DNA from: Candidatus Falkowbacteria bacterium
GTDB taxonomy: Bacteria; Patescibacteriota; Patescibacteriia; UBA2591; JABMQE01
Direction of reading: 5' to 3'
Length of the DNA stretch: 31,755 bases
Assembly (NCBI GenBank): GCA_013203415.1
Contig: JABMQE010000106.1
Coordinates: forward strand, 1 to 31,755
A program made the translations under genes and the position numbers. This document shows, piece after piece, positions 1 to 8,515 of the stretch (its first letter is position 1; each line of letters opens with the position of its first letter). Under the pieces are notes generated by a model. It was not told where the DNA came from. It saw only the letters and a list, made by a program, of their open reading frames with translations, and made no database searches.

Positions 1-130
1 TTCTAATGGCGACATTAGGATGGGGTAAACTTCTGCTTAAGTGAAAGACCAAATTTGGTAGGTCGTTTAGATAGATGGTCATCGCCCTAAATTTTTGGGG
101 AACAGGATTCGGCTTATAGGTTTGCTTGGA
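1..130 (+). ncRNA. rnpB: RNase P RNA, 3' portion (truncated by window start)
   Basis: Conserved RNase P motifs in the correct order: GNRA hairpin TTCTAATG-GCGA-CATTAGGA (P14-like), GGTAAAC, GACCAAAT, TAGATAGATG and the terminal AACAGGATTCGGCTTATAG. Confidence 0.85.
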
Positions 131-134
131 CATT

Positions 135-163
135 AAAAAATCAAGGTTTTGCCTTGGTTTTTT
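135..163 (+). terminator. Intrinsic terminator after rnpB
   Basis: A6-TCAAGG-ttttg-CCTTGG-T6. Confidence 0.7.
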
Positions 164-186
164 AGTTTGGGTTGTTGATAAGTTAC

Positions 187-215
187 TTGACATTTACTAT
201 TTTGGCTTATATACT
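187..215 (+). promoter_or_regulatory. Sigma70-type promoter
   Basis: TTGACA(187-192)-N17-TATACT(210-215) upstream of the ORF at 293. Confidence 0.65.
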
Positions 216-292
216 ATAATAACTAATATAGTATATATTAGTATTTATAAATTAAGTTCCTTTTTGAAAAAAGGAAAAAGGGAGATTTTATT

Positions 293-1873
293 ATGACGAG
301 AAATAAAATTTTAACAAAAATTTTAACATTAACGCTTCTGGGCGTTTTTTTAGTTGTGCCTTTTAGTGCTGTTTATGGTGTGCAAGGAAATAATGGTAAT
401 GGTAATCCTAATCCTAAAGGAGATTTTGGGACTATGACGCCGCCCCTGCCTGCGGGGATAGTAATTGAAACTTTTTCTGTTAACTCACCGGTTAGGGACG
501 GGGTTTATACCCAGTTTTATGTTCTTGTTTCGGGAATACCAGAGGAGGCAGTAGAGGATTGGAGTTATTCTATGGATTTTGGTGATGGGAATACTGTTAC
601 TTATAATTTTGATTTAGCGGATGTTTATGGTGTCGACCAGGTAGAAGCCTGGATTTCTCACTTATACGGGGGGGTAGGCACTTATCAAACAATGCTTAGG
701 GTTTATAATCCTAGTGGAGAGCAGGTAGCAGAAGCAGGACCATTAGAAGCAGAAGTGATATGGGATACACAAGTAAAAACTTTTTCTGTTGGTTCGCCGG
801 TTTTAAATGGAATGCATGCTCAGTTTTTTGGTCATATTACGGGAATACCAGAGGATACAGTAGAGGATTGGAGTTATTCTTTGGAAACAGGGGACGGGAA
901 TACTCTTACTTTTAATTTTGATGAATTTGAAGCTTGGGATGATGAGTCGGAAATTGGAATTTCTTATTTATTTCCTGGGATAGGTACTTATCCAGGAAAT
1001 ATGCTTAAGATTTATAATCCAGATGGAGAATTAGTAGCAGAGGCAGGACCGTTAGAAGTTGAGGTAGTGTCTTCGGGTTTTGAGATTATTAAAATGTATT
1101 ATAAAAGTGGATATGCCGGAGCTTTTAATTATATGGATATTAGAGGTCTAAATCCTTACAGGGATTATGCAATCCATTTTTCTGGAGGTGGTAGCGAGGC
1201 AGATGCAGTAGTAGAAAAGACATATAGTGTGCAAGATTTTAAGAGATTTAAATTTATAATTCCAGATATTACATCTGGAGATTATGATGTTACAGTTAGG
1301 TATGTGGGCGAAGAATCTGTTGCCTTAAATTATCATATTAACGGGCCAAGGCTTTATATGCTGTATCCAAGAGATAAGGGAATGCCTGGTGATACTTTAG
1401 GAGTTACAGCGGTTGGTTTTGGAAGCAGTCCTAGGATATTGTTTAGAGGGGCTGGCGGAGATACCGACCTAACTTGTTCCAAAGTTACAAATTGGAAATA
1501 TAATTGTATTGTTCCAGTTTTAGATCCAGGAGATTACAATGTAGTGGTTGTTACTAATGCTGGTGAGAGTAATACAAAAAAGTTTACAATTGGCGGAGAG
1601 GAATTAAAGATGCCGGAAGTTACTCACATTAGAACTTATAAAGTTAGAGATGGTAGGTTGGGGGAAATGACCTTTCTTGGAGTTATGGGCCATAATCTTA
1701 AGAATGCTCAAGTAAGTGTGGTAGGATTTGCTGGGAATCTTCAAGTAAAGACCAGATGGCGTGATTTATATATTGGGTCGTATTTGTCGCCAAAGTTAGA
1801 TCCAGGAGTTTATACGCTAGAGGTTGTTGGTAATCCGCATGGTACTGTTACCAAAGAGTTTACAGTTAGGTAA
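293..1873 (+). CDS. Secreted/surface protein with two PKD-like repeats and three Ig/IPT-TIG-like domains
   Basis: N-terminal signal peptide. Two ~100-aa repeats carry (M/L)(D/E)(F/T)GDG and end in AEAGPLE. The C-terminal beta domains carry GDYDVTV, DPGDYNVVV and DPGVYTLEV. Confidence 0.7.
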   Translation: MTRNKILTKILTLTLLGVFLVVPFSAVYGVQGNNGNGNPNPKGDFGTMTPPLPAGIVIETFSVNSPVRDGVYTQFYVLVSGIPEEAVEDWSYSMDFGDGNTVTYNFDLADVYGVDQVEAWISHLYGGVGTYQTMLRVYNPSGEQVAEAGPLEAEVIWDTQVKTFSVGSPVLNGMHAQFFGHITGIPEDTVEDWSYSLETGDGNTLTFNFDEFEAWDDESEIGISYLFPGIGTYPGNMLKIYNPDGELVAEAGPLEVEVVSSGFEIIKMYYKSGYAGAFNYMDIRGLNPYRDYAIHFSGGGSEADAVVEKTYSVQDFKRFKFIIPDITSGDYDVTVRYVGEESVALNYHINGPRLYMLYPRDKGMPGDTLGVTAVGFGSSPRILFRGAGGDTDLTCSKVTNWKYNCIVPVLDPGDYNVVVVTNAGESNTKKFTIGGEELKMPEVTHIRTYKVRDGRLGEMTFLGVMGHNLKNAQVSVVGFAGNLQVKTRWRDLYIGSYLSPKLDPGVYTLEVVGNPHGTVTKEFTVR

Positions 1874-1888
1874 TAATATTAGAATACC

Positions 1889-1919
1889 AAAAAAGAGCTC
1901 CGCATGCGGGGCTCTTTTT
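1889..1919 (+). terminator. Intrinsic terminator
   Basis: AAAAAAGAGCTCCGCATGCGGGGCTCTTTTT, a GC stem with A and T tails. Confidence 0.8.
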
Positions 1920-1966
1920 GTATCTTTACAGAATAGGCGAAATGGGCTAAGATTTGAGCATGCGAA

Positions 1967-2008
1967 CCCCGCACTAATCCTCGCTACGCTCGGATAATGC
2001 GGGGCAAG
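1967..2008. repeat. CCCGC...GCGGG-CAAG palindromic element (intergenic copy)
   Basis: CCCCGCA...TGCGGGG stem with inner ATCC/GGAT, followed by CAAG. Confidence 0.65.
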
Positions 2009-2063
2009 TAGCCCGTTTAACTACCCAAAGATATAAATGGGCCCATGCGAATTATTTTTTACT

Positions 2064-3488
2064 ATGAAAAAGGCAGAAATAACATTCTCGGTGCTTCTGG
2101 TGCCGGTTGATTATTTAATGATAATATTGGCGGCTTTGTCTGCTTATTCTTTGCGTTTTTCGGACTTTTATCAATCAAGAATTAGGGAGATTGTTTTTGA
2201 GATGCCTTTTTCTGGCTATTTTCCAGTCGCTTTAGGAGTGGGAATAGTTTGGCTGGCAATATTCGGTTTGATGGGTTTATATACAATGGGCGGTAGGAAA
2301 AAGTTTATAGACGAGATTTCGAAAGTGATTGTTGGGTGCAGTGCGGGATTGGCTGTGATTACAATTTTGATATTTTTTAAGCGCGAACTTTTTGATTCGC
2401 GTTTTATTGTTTTAGGGGCCTTTGTTTTGGCGATAATTTATGTAAGTATTGGCAGGTTTATTGTTCGGAAAATTCAACAGCATTTTGTTAAGCGCGGGTA
2501 TGGGATAAATCGGTTGGTTGTTATTGGACAGGGTAAGAATGCTTTGGCTATTATTTCGGAAATTGAGAAACAGCCAGCGCTTGGTTATCGGGTGGTTAGA
2601 GTTTACGAGGAATTAAATGAGTCGGTTAGGGATAAAATCAGGAATACAGGAGGCGAGATTGATGAGTTGATTTTGGTTGATTCGGAGGTGTCACACGTGG
2701 AATCTATGAAACTTTTGGATATTTGTAATGAAAATCATATTATTTATAAATATGCGGCTGATGTTTTTAATGCGCCAATAGCGAATATCGAGATTACGAT
2801 GATGGATGCAACACCTGTGATAGAGATAAAAAGAACCCCGCTTGATGGCTGGGGCCGAGTGGTAAAAAGAATTTTTGATATTTTTGGGTCGTTGGTTTTG
2901 ATTGTGCTCTCTTCGCCGGTTATGATTATAACGGCGATTGCTATAAAGCTTGATTCCAGGGGGCCGGTGTTTTATTTAAACGAGCGGATAGGCGAGAAGG
3001 GCAGGAAGTTTGAAGCTATTAAGTTTAGGTCTATGAAGGTTGAGGATTGTGTTGGTTTTAGGTATAGTGATGAAGAAAAGGCCTTGGCTTTGGAAAAGGA
3101 ATTAATTAAGGAAAAAAATACTCGTACGGGTCCGCTTTATAAAATAAAAGAAGACCCAAGGGTAACGCGAGTGGGTCGTTTTATCCGCAAGACCTCGATA
3201 GACGAGTTGCCGCAATTTTTTAATGTTTTAAAAGGGAATATGAGTTTGGTTGGACCAAGGCCTCATCAGCCGCGAGAAGTGGATTTGTATCAAAGACATC
3301 ATAAAAATCTTCTTGGCATTAAGCCGGGAGTCAGCGGTTTGGCAGCGATTTCTGGGCGAAGTGATTTGGATTTTGAAGATGAGGCGAGATTGGATATTTA
3401 TTATGTTGAGAATTGGTCGATTAAAATAGATTTGCAAATTTTATTAAAAACACCGATGGCGGTTTTGAAAAAGAGGAAGGCGGAGTGA
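2064..3488 (+). CDS. Exopolysaccharide biosynthesis polyprenyl glycosylphosphotransferase (sugar transferase, WcaJ/WbaP-like)
   Basis: N-terminal TM helices. C-terminal KRIFDI...KFRSM...[37 protein letters not shown]. Start moved to MKKAE at 2064. Confidence 0.93.
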   Translation: MKKAEITFSVLLVPVDYLMIILAALSAYSLRFSDFYQSRIREIVFEMPFSGYFPVALGVGIVWLAIFGLMGLYTMGGRKKFIDEISKVIVGCSAGLAVITILIFFKRELFDSRFIVLGAFVLAIIYVSIGRFIVRKIQQHFVKRGYGINRLVVIGQGKNALAIISEIEKQPALGYRVVRVYEELNESVRDKIRNTGGEIDELILVDSEVSHVESMKLLDICNENHIIYKYAADVFNAPIANIEITMMDATPVIEIKRTPLDGWGRVVKRIFDIFGSLVLIVLSSPVMIITAIAIKLDSRGPVFYLNERIGEKGRKFEAIKFRSMKVEDCVGFRYSDEEKALALEKELIKEKNTRTGPLYKIKEDPRVTRVGRFIRKTSIDELPQFFNVLKGNMSLVGPRPHQPREVDLYQRHHKNLLGIKPGVSGLAAISGRSDLDFEDEARLDIYYVENWSIKIDLQILLKTPMAVLKKRKAE

Positions 3489-3507
3489 ACGTTCAAATGA
3501 ACGTTCA
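3486..3507. repeat. Two palindromic TGAACGTTCA units at 12-bp period, overlapping the stop codon
   Basis: TGAACGTTCA-AA-TGAACGTTCA. The first TGA is the stop of 2064..3488. Confidence 0.75.
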
Positions 3508-3518
3508 TTGGCGTGTTC

Positions 3519-3681
3519 AAGTTCTACCCGGCTTTAGCCGAGGGTCGCCTGCTTAAGTTCTACCCGGCTTTAGCCGAGGGTCGCCTGCTTAAGTTCTACC
3601 CGGCTTTAGCCGAGGGTCGGGTGGCTTTAGCCACATGTAGGCGACTAAAGTCGCCGAACCCTCCACTAAAGTGGGGTAGAA
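3519..3681. repeat. REP/REPIN-like cluster: 36-bp tandem x2.8 plus inverted GGCTTTAGCC-type palindromes
   Basis: AAGTTCTACCCGGCTTTAGCCGAGGGTCGCCTGCTT starts at 3519, 3555 and 3591 (third copy partial). It is followed by GTGGCTTTAGCCAC, GTAG-GCGACTAAAGTCGCC and CTCCACTAAAGTGGGGTAGAA. 3594-3681 forms an imperfect inverted repeat about ACATGT. Confidence 0.85.
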
Positions 3682-3741
3682 GGTTGTTTAATTTTCCACC
3701 CTCACGGGTGGTCAGCCGTGAGGCTGATAATTTTTGAAATT

Positions 3742-4473
3742 ATGGAAGGAGAAATAAAGAAGGAGGAAATAAAAGAGGAAATCGAGGAAGATGAGGTTTT
3801 GTTAAAAGATGACAAGGGAAAGCAAAAAGGAAAAAAGAAACCTTATAGAGAAATAATTGTTGCTATTGTTGCTATCTTAGCTTTAGTCGTTTCAATAAAA
3901 AGTTGTAAGGTATCGGAAAGGGCATTAGATAGGGCTGATGACAGTAACGAGATTTCAAAAAGAATGTTAGAGGTCAGTCAGAGGCCTTATTTGGATTTAA
4001 CTTTTAAAAAGTTTGAAGAAAATGATTCTTATTTTTTGATAGATGAAAGGAATCAAGTAATTAAAATGAAAGCTGAATTAATAAATATCGGTAATACTCC
4101 TGCGAAGAAAATTTGTGTTGGTAATGTCTATTACAACAAAGGGAATCCTGACGACCCTGAAAACGATAGGGTTATGACAGTCAAGAGGCATGGTGAGATT
4201 ACTGATTTATTGCCAAATAAGTCTATAGTTATTAACGACATAGAGCTTCCTCCATGTTGCGGTAAAAGTTTTCAAGACTTTGCTGAAGAAGTCAAAGAAC
4301 CGGGTAAATTAGAATTTGTTGTTTTTTATAATTCTGATTTAAACTCTCTTAGTCGGCCCTATAACACCGTGATAAGTCCAGATTTAGATGATGGTGAATT
4401 TTTTTATAAGCTGACGATAGACAAAGGGATAGAAATAGAGGAGAACAGTGTTTGTGGCGTATTAGATAAATAA
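3742..4473 (+). CDS. Hypothetical single-pass membrane protein
   Basis: Open frame with a charged N-terminus, one TM (IIVAIVAILALVVSI) and a soluble domain. No family recognised. Start likely MEGEIKK. Confidence 0.7.
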   Translation: MEGEIKKEEIKEEIEEDEVLLKDDKGKQKGKKKPYREIIVAIVAILALVVSIKSCKVSERALDRADDSNEISKRMLEVSQRPYLDLTFKKFEENDSYFLIDERNQVIKMKAELINIGNTPAKKICVGNVYYNKGNPDDPENDRVMTVKRHGEITDLLPNKSIVINDIELPPCCGKSFQDFAEEVKEPGKLEFVVFYNSDLNSLSRPYNTVISPDLDDGEFFYKLTIDKGIEIEENSVCGVLDK

Positions 4474-4480
4474 TAAATCG

Positions 4481-5587
4481 ATGAAAATTGCATTAGTCCA
4501 TGACCACTTAAATCAATTAGGAGGGGCAGAGAAGGTGCTTTTTGCTTTGAATGATATTTATAAAGAAGCGCCGGTTTTTACTTTGATTCATGATAAGGAG
4601 AGGAGTAATGGGATTTTTGAGAGGTTGCCTATCCAAACATCTTTTATCCAAAAAATGCCTTTTGGGGCTACGCATCTACGATGGTATTTAAGTTTGATGC
4701 CGACTGCTTTTGAGTCGTTTGATTTGGGGGGGTTTGATGTGGTTTTGTCTTCGACATCAGCTTTTTCTAAGGGAGTAATTGTGGGGCCAAATACTTTGCA
4801 TATTTGCTATTGCCATACGCCAACAAGATATCTTTGGCAGGATACGCACGAGTATGTTAGGGACTTAAAACAGAATTTTTTGATTAAGAAATTTTTGCCT
4901 TTGCTTTTAACTCGGCTTAGGCAATGGGATTTTGAGGCGGGGCAAAGGCCGGATGTTATGATAGCTAATTCTAGGAATGTTCAAAACAGAATAAAAAAAT
5001 ACTATCAAAGAGACAGCACGGTAATTTATCCGCCGGTTGAGATAGAGAATTTTGGGATTGCCGACGATCTTTCGGATTATTATTTAGCTGGGGGACGATT
5101 AGTTTCTTATAAAAGATTTGATTTGGTGGTAAAAGCATTTACTAAGACAGGAATAAAGCTAAAGATTTTTGGAACAGGGCCGGAAGAGGACAAATTAAGA
5201 AAGACGGCAGGGGAGAATGTTGAGTTTTTAGGGCATGTTTCGCAAGAAAAGAAAGCAGAATTATATAGCAAGTGCTTGGCTTTTATCCATCCGCAGGAAG
5301 AGGATTTTGGCATAACGCCGGTAGAGGCAATGGCTTCTGGCCGGCCTGTTATTGCTTATAACCGGGGCGGAGCTTTGGAAACTGTGGTAGAGGGAGTGAG
5401 CGGGACTTTTTTTGATGAGCAGATTTGGGAGGCATTGGCGGATTTGATTATTAGATTTGATCCTTATATATATAATCCTTTGGAGATTAGAAAAAGGGCA
5501 GAAAGGTTTGGAGTGGAGCGGTTTAAGCAAGAGATGCAGGAGTTTGTGGCTTTGAGGTGGAATGAGTTTGCGAGATGCGAATTGTAA
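4481..5587 (+). CDS. Glycosyltransferase family 4 (GT-B)
   Basis: MKIALVHDHL..GGAE, YCHTPTRYLW, EEDFGITPVEAMASGRPVIA. Confidence 0.93.
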   Translation: MKIALVHDHLNQLGGAEKVLFALNDIYKEAPVFTLIHDKERSNGIFERLPIQTSFIQKMPFGATHLRWYLSLMPTAFESFDLGGFDVVLSSTSAFSKGVIVGPNTLHICYCHTPTRYLWQDTHEYVRDLKQNFLIKKFLPLLLTRLRQWDFEAGQRPDVMIANSRNVQNRIKKYYQRDSTVIYPPVEIENFGIADDLSDYYLAGGRLVSYKRFDLVVKAFTKTGIKLKIFGTGPEEDKLRKTAGENVEFLGHVSQEKKAELYSKCLAFIHPQEEDFGITPVEAMASGRPVIAYNRGGALETVVEGVSGTFFDEQIWEALADLIIRFDPYIYNPLEIRKRAERFGVERFKQEMQEFVALRWNEFARCEL

Positions 5588-5626
5588 GCCTTAAGCCTTA
5601 GGCCGTAAGCTATAAGCCGTAAGCGT
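5585..5626 (+). repeat. Heptamer array (TAAGCNN)6, left flank of the four-helix-bundle gene
   Basis: TAAGCCT TAAGCCT TAGGCCG TAAGCTA TAAGCCG TAAGCGT. The first TAA is the upstream stop codon. Confidence 0.9.
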
Positions 5627-5676
5627 TTTTTAGATTTTTTGTAATATATAGTTAAAATTGGGAAGGAGGTGATATA

Positions 5677-6030
5677 ATGGAAAAGTTTCGTTCTCTTAAG
5701 GTGTGGCAAAAATCGCATTACTTAGTTTTGGAAGTTTATAAAGTTACCAGAGACTATCCGGATTTTGAGAAATTTGGTTTGGTGTCTCAGATGAGAAGAT
5801 CTTCTGTTTCTGTTGTGGCTAATATTGTTGAAGGTTCGAAGAAAGTTAGTATAAAGGATAGAAAACATTTTCATGTGATAGCCGATGCTTCATTAGAGGA
5901 GTTAAAATATTATTTTATTTTAAGTTATAATTTAAAGTATATTGATTCTGAGGTTGGGAAGAAACTTATGGAATGTGCAAGGGAGGTAGGTCGAATGCTT
6001 TCAGGATTAACTAAGTCTTTAAGTAAATAA
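5677..6030 (+). CDS. Four helix bundle protein (23S rRNA IVS protein / bAvd-like family)
   Basis: F.SLKVWQKSH.L..EVYK...YP..EKFGLVSQMRRSSVS...NIVEG signature, 117 aa, strong SD AAGGAGGTGA at 5663-5672. Confidence 0.9.
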   Translation: MEKFRSLKVWQKSHYLVLEVYKVTRDYPDFEKFGLVSQMRRSSVSVVANIVEGSKKVSIKDRKHFHVIADASLEELKYYFILSYNLKYIDSEVGKKLMECAREVGRMLSGLTKSLSK

Positions 6031-6043
6031 TTTGTCGTAAGGT

Positions 6044-6076
6044 ATGCTTACAGCTTACGGCTTATAGCTTATGGCT
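6044..6076 (-). repeat. Heptamer array (NNGCTTA)n, right flank, inverted relative to 5585-5626
   Basis: ATGCTTA CAGCTTA CGGCTTA TAGCTTA TGGCT. 6053-6071 is the exact reverse complement of 5606-5624. It overlaps the next ATG at 6071. Confidence 0.9.
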
Positions 6077-7258
6077 CGCATTGGTATAGATATTCGTTCT
6101 CTTCTTGAGGGGTATCGGACAGGGATAGGAGAGTATACGTATAATTTAATTAATGAGTTTTTGAAAAAGGATACTGAGAGTGAGTATCATCTTTTTTATA
6201 ATCAAAGGCATTCTATAAAAAAAGACCCGCCTAAGTTTGAGAGTCCTAATGTTAAAGTTTTTGATTATAAATATCCCAACAGGTGGTTTAATTTGTCGCT
6301 TAGATATTTTGGATGGCCGAGGTTGGAGAAGTTGGATGGTGAGCCTGATGTTATGTGGTATCCAAATTTTGGATTTATAAATTTTAATATTAAGGTACCG
6401 TATGTTTTAACTGTTCACGATTTGTCGTTTGAGAGGTATCCGGAGTTTTTTACCCGTCCTCATCGGTTATGGCATAAGCTTATAAATTGTCGGCGTATGG
6501 CTAGAGGCGCAACAAAGGTTATAGCTGTTTCTGAAAATACTAAGCGGGATTTGATTGAGTTGTATGGGGTGGATGAGGGAAAGATTGAGGTTGTATATGA
6601 AGGAATTGATGCGAAACTACGAAAAGAATGCGAAACTACCCGCCTCGCCAAGACGAGCTTGGCTCGTCGAGGCTGGGCGAAAATGCGAAAGGTTCAGGAA
6701 AAGTATAATTTGCCGGAGAAGTTTGTTTTGTTTTTAGGAACGATTGAGCCGAGGAAGAATATTGAGGCAGTCATTAGGGCTTTCGATAAGGCGAGTTACG
6801 AGTTCCCGAGTTACGAGTTACTATTAGCCGGTGGTAAGGGTTGGAATAATAAGGGGATTTATGAGATTCATAATAAATTGAAAAATAAAGACAAGATTCG
6901 GTTTTTAGGTTATGTAGAGCACGAGGAAAAGCCGGCTTTGTATAAATTGGCATCTTTGTTTGTTTTTCCGTCTATTTATGAAGGATTTGGTTTGCCGCCT
7001 TTGGAAGCAATGGCTTGCGGGACGCCGGTGATAACGAGTAATGCTTCGTCTTTACCCGAAGTGGTAGGGGATGCTGGTTTAATGGTTAATCCTTATAATA
7101 TAAACGAATTGGTGGAGGCGATGAAGGTGATGTTGTCTGACGCGGAGTTGAGACAGAGGTTTATAGAAAAGGGACTTGCGAGAGCGCAGAAATTTACATG
7201 GGAGAGGTGTGCGGAGAAGACGTTGGAATTAATACAGCAGATTAAAGCAGATTTTTAA
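6071..7258 (+). CDS. Glycosyltransferase family 4 (mannosyltransferase-like)
   Basis: [44 protein letters not shown]. Contains repeat-derived in-frame segments. Confidence 0.93.
   Translation: MARIGIDIRSLLEGYRTGIGEYTYNLINEFLKKDTESEYHLFYNQRHSIKKDPPKFESPNVKVFDYKYPNRWFNLSLRYFGWPRLEKLDGEPDVMWYPNFGFINFNIKVPYVLTVHDLSFERYPEFFTRPHRLWHKLINCRRMARGATKVIAVSENTKRDLIELYGVDEGKIEVVYEGIDAKLRKECETTRLAKTSLARRGWAKMRKVQEKYNLPEKFVLFLGTIEPRKNIEAVIRAFDKASYEFPSYELLLAGGKGWNNKGIYEIHNKLKNKDKIRFLGYVEHEEKPALYKLASLFVFPSIYEGFGLPPLEAMACGTPVITSNASSLPEVVGDAGLMVNPYNINELVEAMKVMLSDAELRQRFIEKGLARAQKFTWERCAEKTLELIQQIKADF
6609..6694 (+). repeat. CGAAACTA-type dispersed repeat (copy 1) with nested 39-bp hairpin (6639-6677), in frame in CDS
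   Basis: ATGCGAAACTACGAAAAGAATGCGAAACTA[CCCGCCTCGCCAAGACGAGCTTGGCTCGTCGAGGCTGGG]CGAAAATGCGAAAGGTT. Confidence 0.85.
6792..6820 (+). repeat. Heptamer array CGAGTT(A/C) x4 within CDS
   Basis: CGAGTTA CGAGTTC C CGAGTTA CGAGTTA, encoding SYEFPSYEL. Confidence 0.65.
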
Positions 7259-7267
7259 CGGATTTTT

Positions 7268-8392
7268 ATGAAGATAGTAATAGATGCCCGGCTTTATGGG
7301 GCAAGCAAAAATAGAGGTTTAGGCCGGTATGTGGAGCAACTGGTGAAGAACCTAGAAAAAGTGGACCATGAGAATGACTACACTGTTTTGTTGCGGCAGG
7401 AAAATTTTGATGATTATGAGCCGCAGAATTCGAGGTTTAAGAAAGTTTTGGCTGATTATCCTTGGTATTCATTTGCCGAACAGATTTTACTGCCTTGGAA
7501 ATTATGGCGGATGGATTGTGATTTAGTGCATTTTCCGCATTTTAATGTGCCAATTTTTTGCCCTCGTAAATTTGTGGTTACGATTCATGATTTAATAATG
7601 TATAAATTTCCAAACGATAAGGCGACGACTAGGAATAAGTTTTTTTATAGAACAAAATATTGGTTGCATAAATTTGTGATTAAGTCGGCGATTAGAAAGG
7701 CAAAGAAGATTATTGTTGATTGCGAGTTTACGAAACGGGATGTTATTCGAGAATTTGGAGTTGGCGAGGACAGGGTTAGAGTTATTTATTTGGGATTTGA
7801 GGTGGGTGACAAAGGCATGAGGGATGCGAATTACACGAATGTTTTAGAGAAGTATGGAATTAAGGGACAATATTTGTTGTATGTTGGGAGTGCGTATCCG
7901 CATAAGAATTTGGAAACGCTTATTAATGCTTTTGATAGGGTTAAAAAAGAGCATGGGGATTTACAATTGGTTTTGGTTGGTCGGCGGGATTATTTTTATG
8001 AGAAACTAAAAACTAGAGATGTGGTATTTACCGGTGACGTGTCGAATGGGGATTTAGCGGCGTTATATCGAAATGCATTGATTTACGTGTTTCCGTCTTT
8101 ATACGAGGGATTTGGGTTGCCAGGGCTGGAGGCGATGAGTTATGGGGTGCCGGTGATTGCGGCTAGGGCATCATGCTTGCCGGAGATTTACGGGGAGGCG
8201 GCTTTGTATTTTGAGCCAAAGAGTGGAAGTGATTTAGCAGGAAAGATCGGGCAAATTTTAGAGAGCAGTGATTTACGAGAGAATTTGGCGGCGCGAGGTT
8301 ACGATCAGATAAAAAAATATAGTTGGGAGAGTTGTGCTGTGCAAACGAAGGAAACTTATGCACATTTACGTAAGGATGAGGGTGGGGTATAA
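7268..8392 (+). CDS. Glycosyltransferase family 4
   Basis: MKIVIDAR, HFPHFNVP, TIHDL, YVGSAYPHKN, YEGFGLPGLEAMSYGVPVI. Confidence 0.93.
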   Translation: MKIVIDARLYGASKNRGLGRYVEQLVKNLEKVDHENDYTVLLRQENFDDYEPQNSRFKKVLADYPWYSFAEQILLPWKLWRMDCDLVHFPHFNVPIFCPRKFVVTIHDLIMYKFPNDKATTRNKFFYRTKYWLHKFVIKSAIRKAKKIIVDCEFTKRDVIREFGVGEDRVRVIYLGFEVGDKGMRDANYTNVLEKYGIKGQYLLYVGSAYPHKNLETLINAFDRVKKEHGDLQLVLVGRRDYFYEKLKTRDVVFTGDVSNGDLAALYRNALIYVFPSLYEGFGLPGLEAMSYGVPVIAARASCLPEIYGEAALYFEPKSGSDLAGKIGQILESSDLRENLAARGYDQIKKYSWESCAVQTKETYAHLRKDEGGV

Positions 8393-8451
8393 TTAAAATA
8401 AGAATTCATAAAATCATAAAATCACAGAATCAAATTGATTTATTGTTTTCT

Positions 8452-8488
8452 CCCGCCCGGCTTCGTTACGCGAAGCGTTGCGGGCAAG
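8452..8488. repeat. CCCGC...GCGGG-CAAG palindromic element (intergenic)
   Basis: CCCGCCCGGCTTCGTTACGCGAAGCGTTGCGGGCAAG. Confidence 0.75.
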
Positions 8489-8515
8489 TGTTTTATTGAT
8501 TTTTTGAAGTTTTCC

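Noticed and set aside
3519-3619. 36-bp palindromic direct repeats as a CRISPR array
   Set aside because: The units are directly adjacent with no unique spacers, and no cas genes are in the window.
3513-3737. 74-aa ORF with repeated KFYPALAEGRLL
   Set aside because: It is a by-product of a 36-bp (multiple of 3) tandem of palindromic DNA, with no coding features.
5677-6030. Four-helix bundle as the Avd of a diversity-generating retroelement
   Set aside because: There is no reverse transcriptase and I saw no TR/VR pair with adenine-specific mismatches.
7813-7840. GATGCGAATTACACGAATG in the GT as another CGAA-type repeat copy
   Set aside because: Only two short degenerate units; too weak to call, although the peptide (GMRDANYTN) may be repeat-derived.
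8435-8515. N-terminal extension of the DUF4012 ORF from the TTG at 8435
   Set aside because: It passes through an intergenic hairpin element; ATG 8516 (MPKK) is more plausible.
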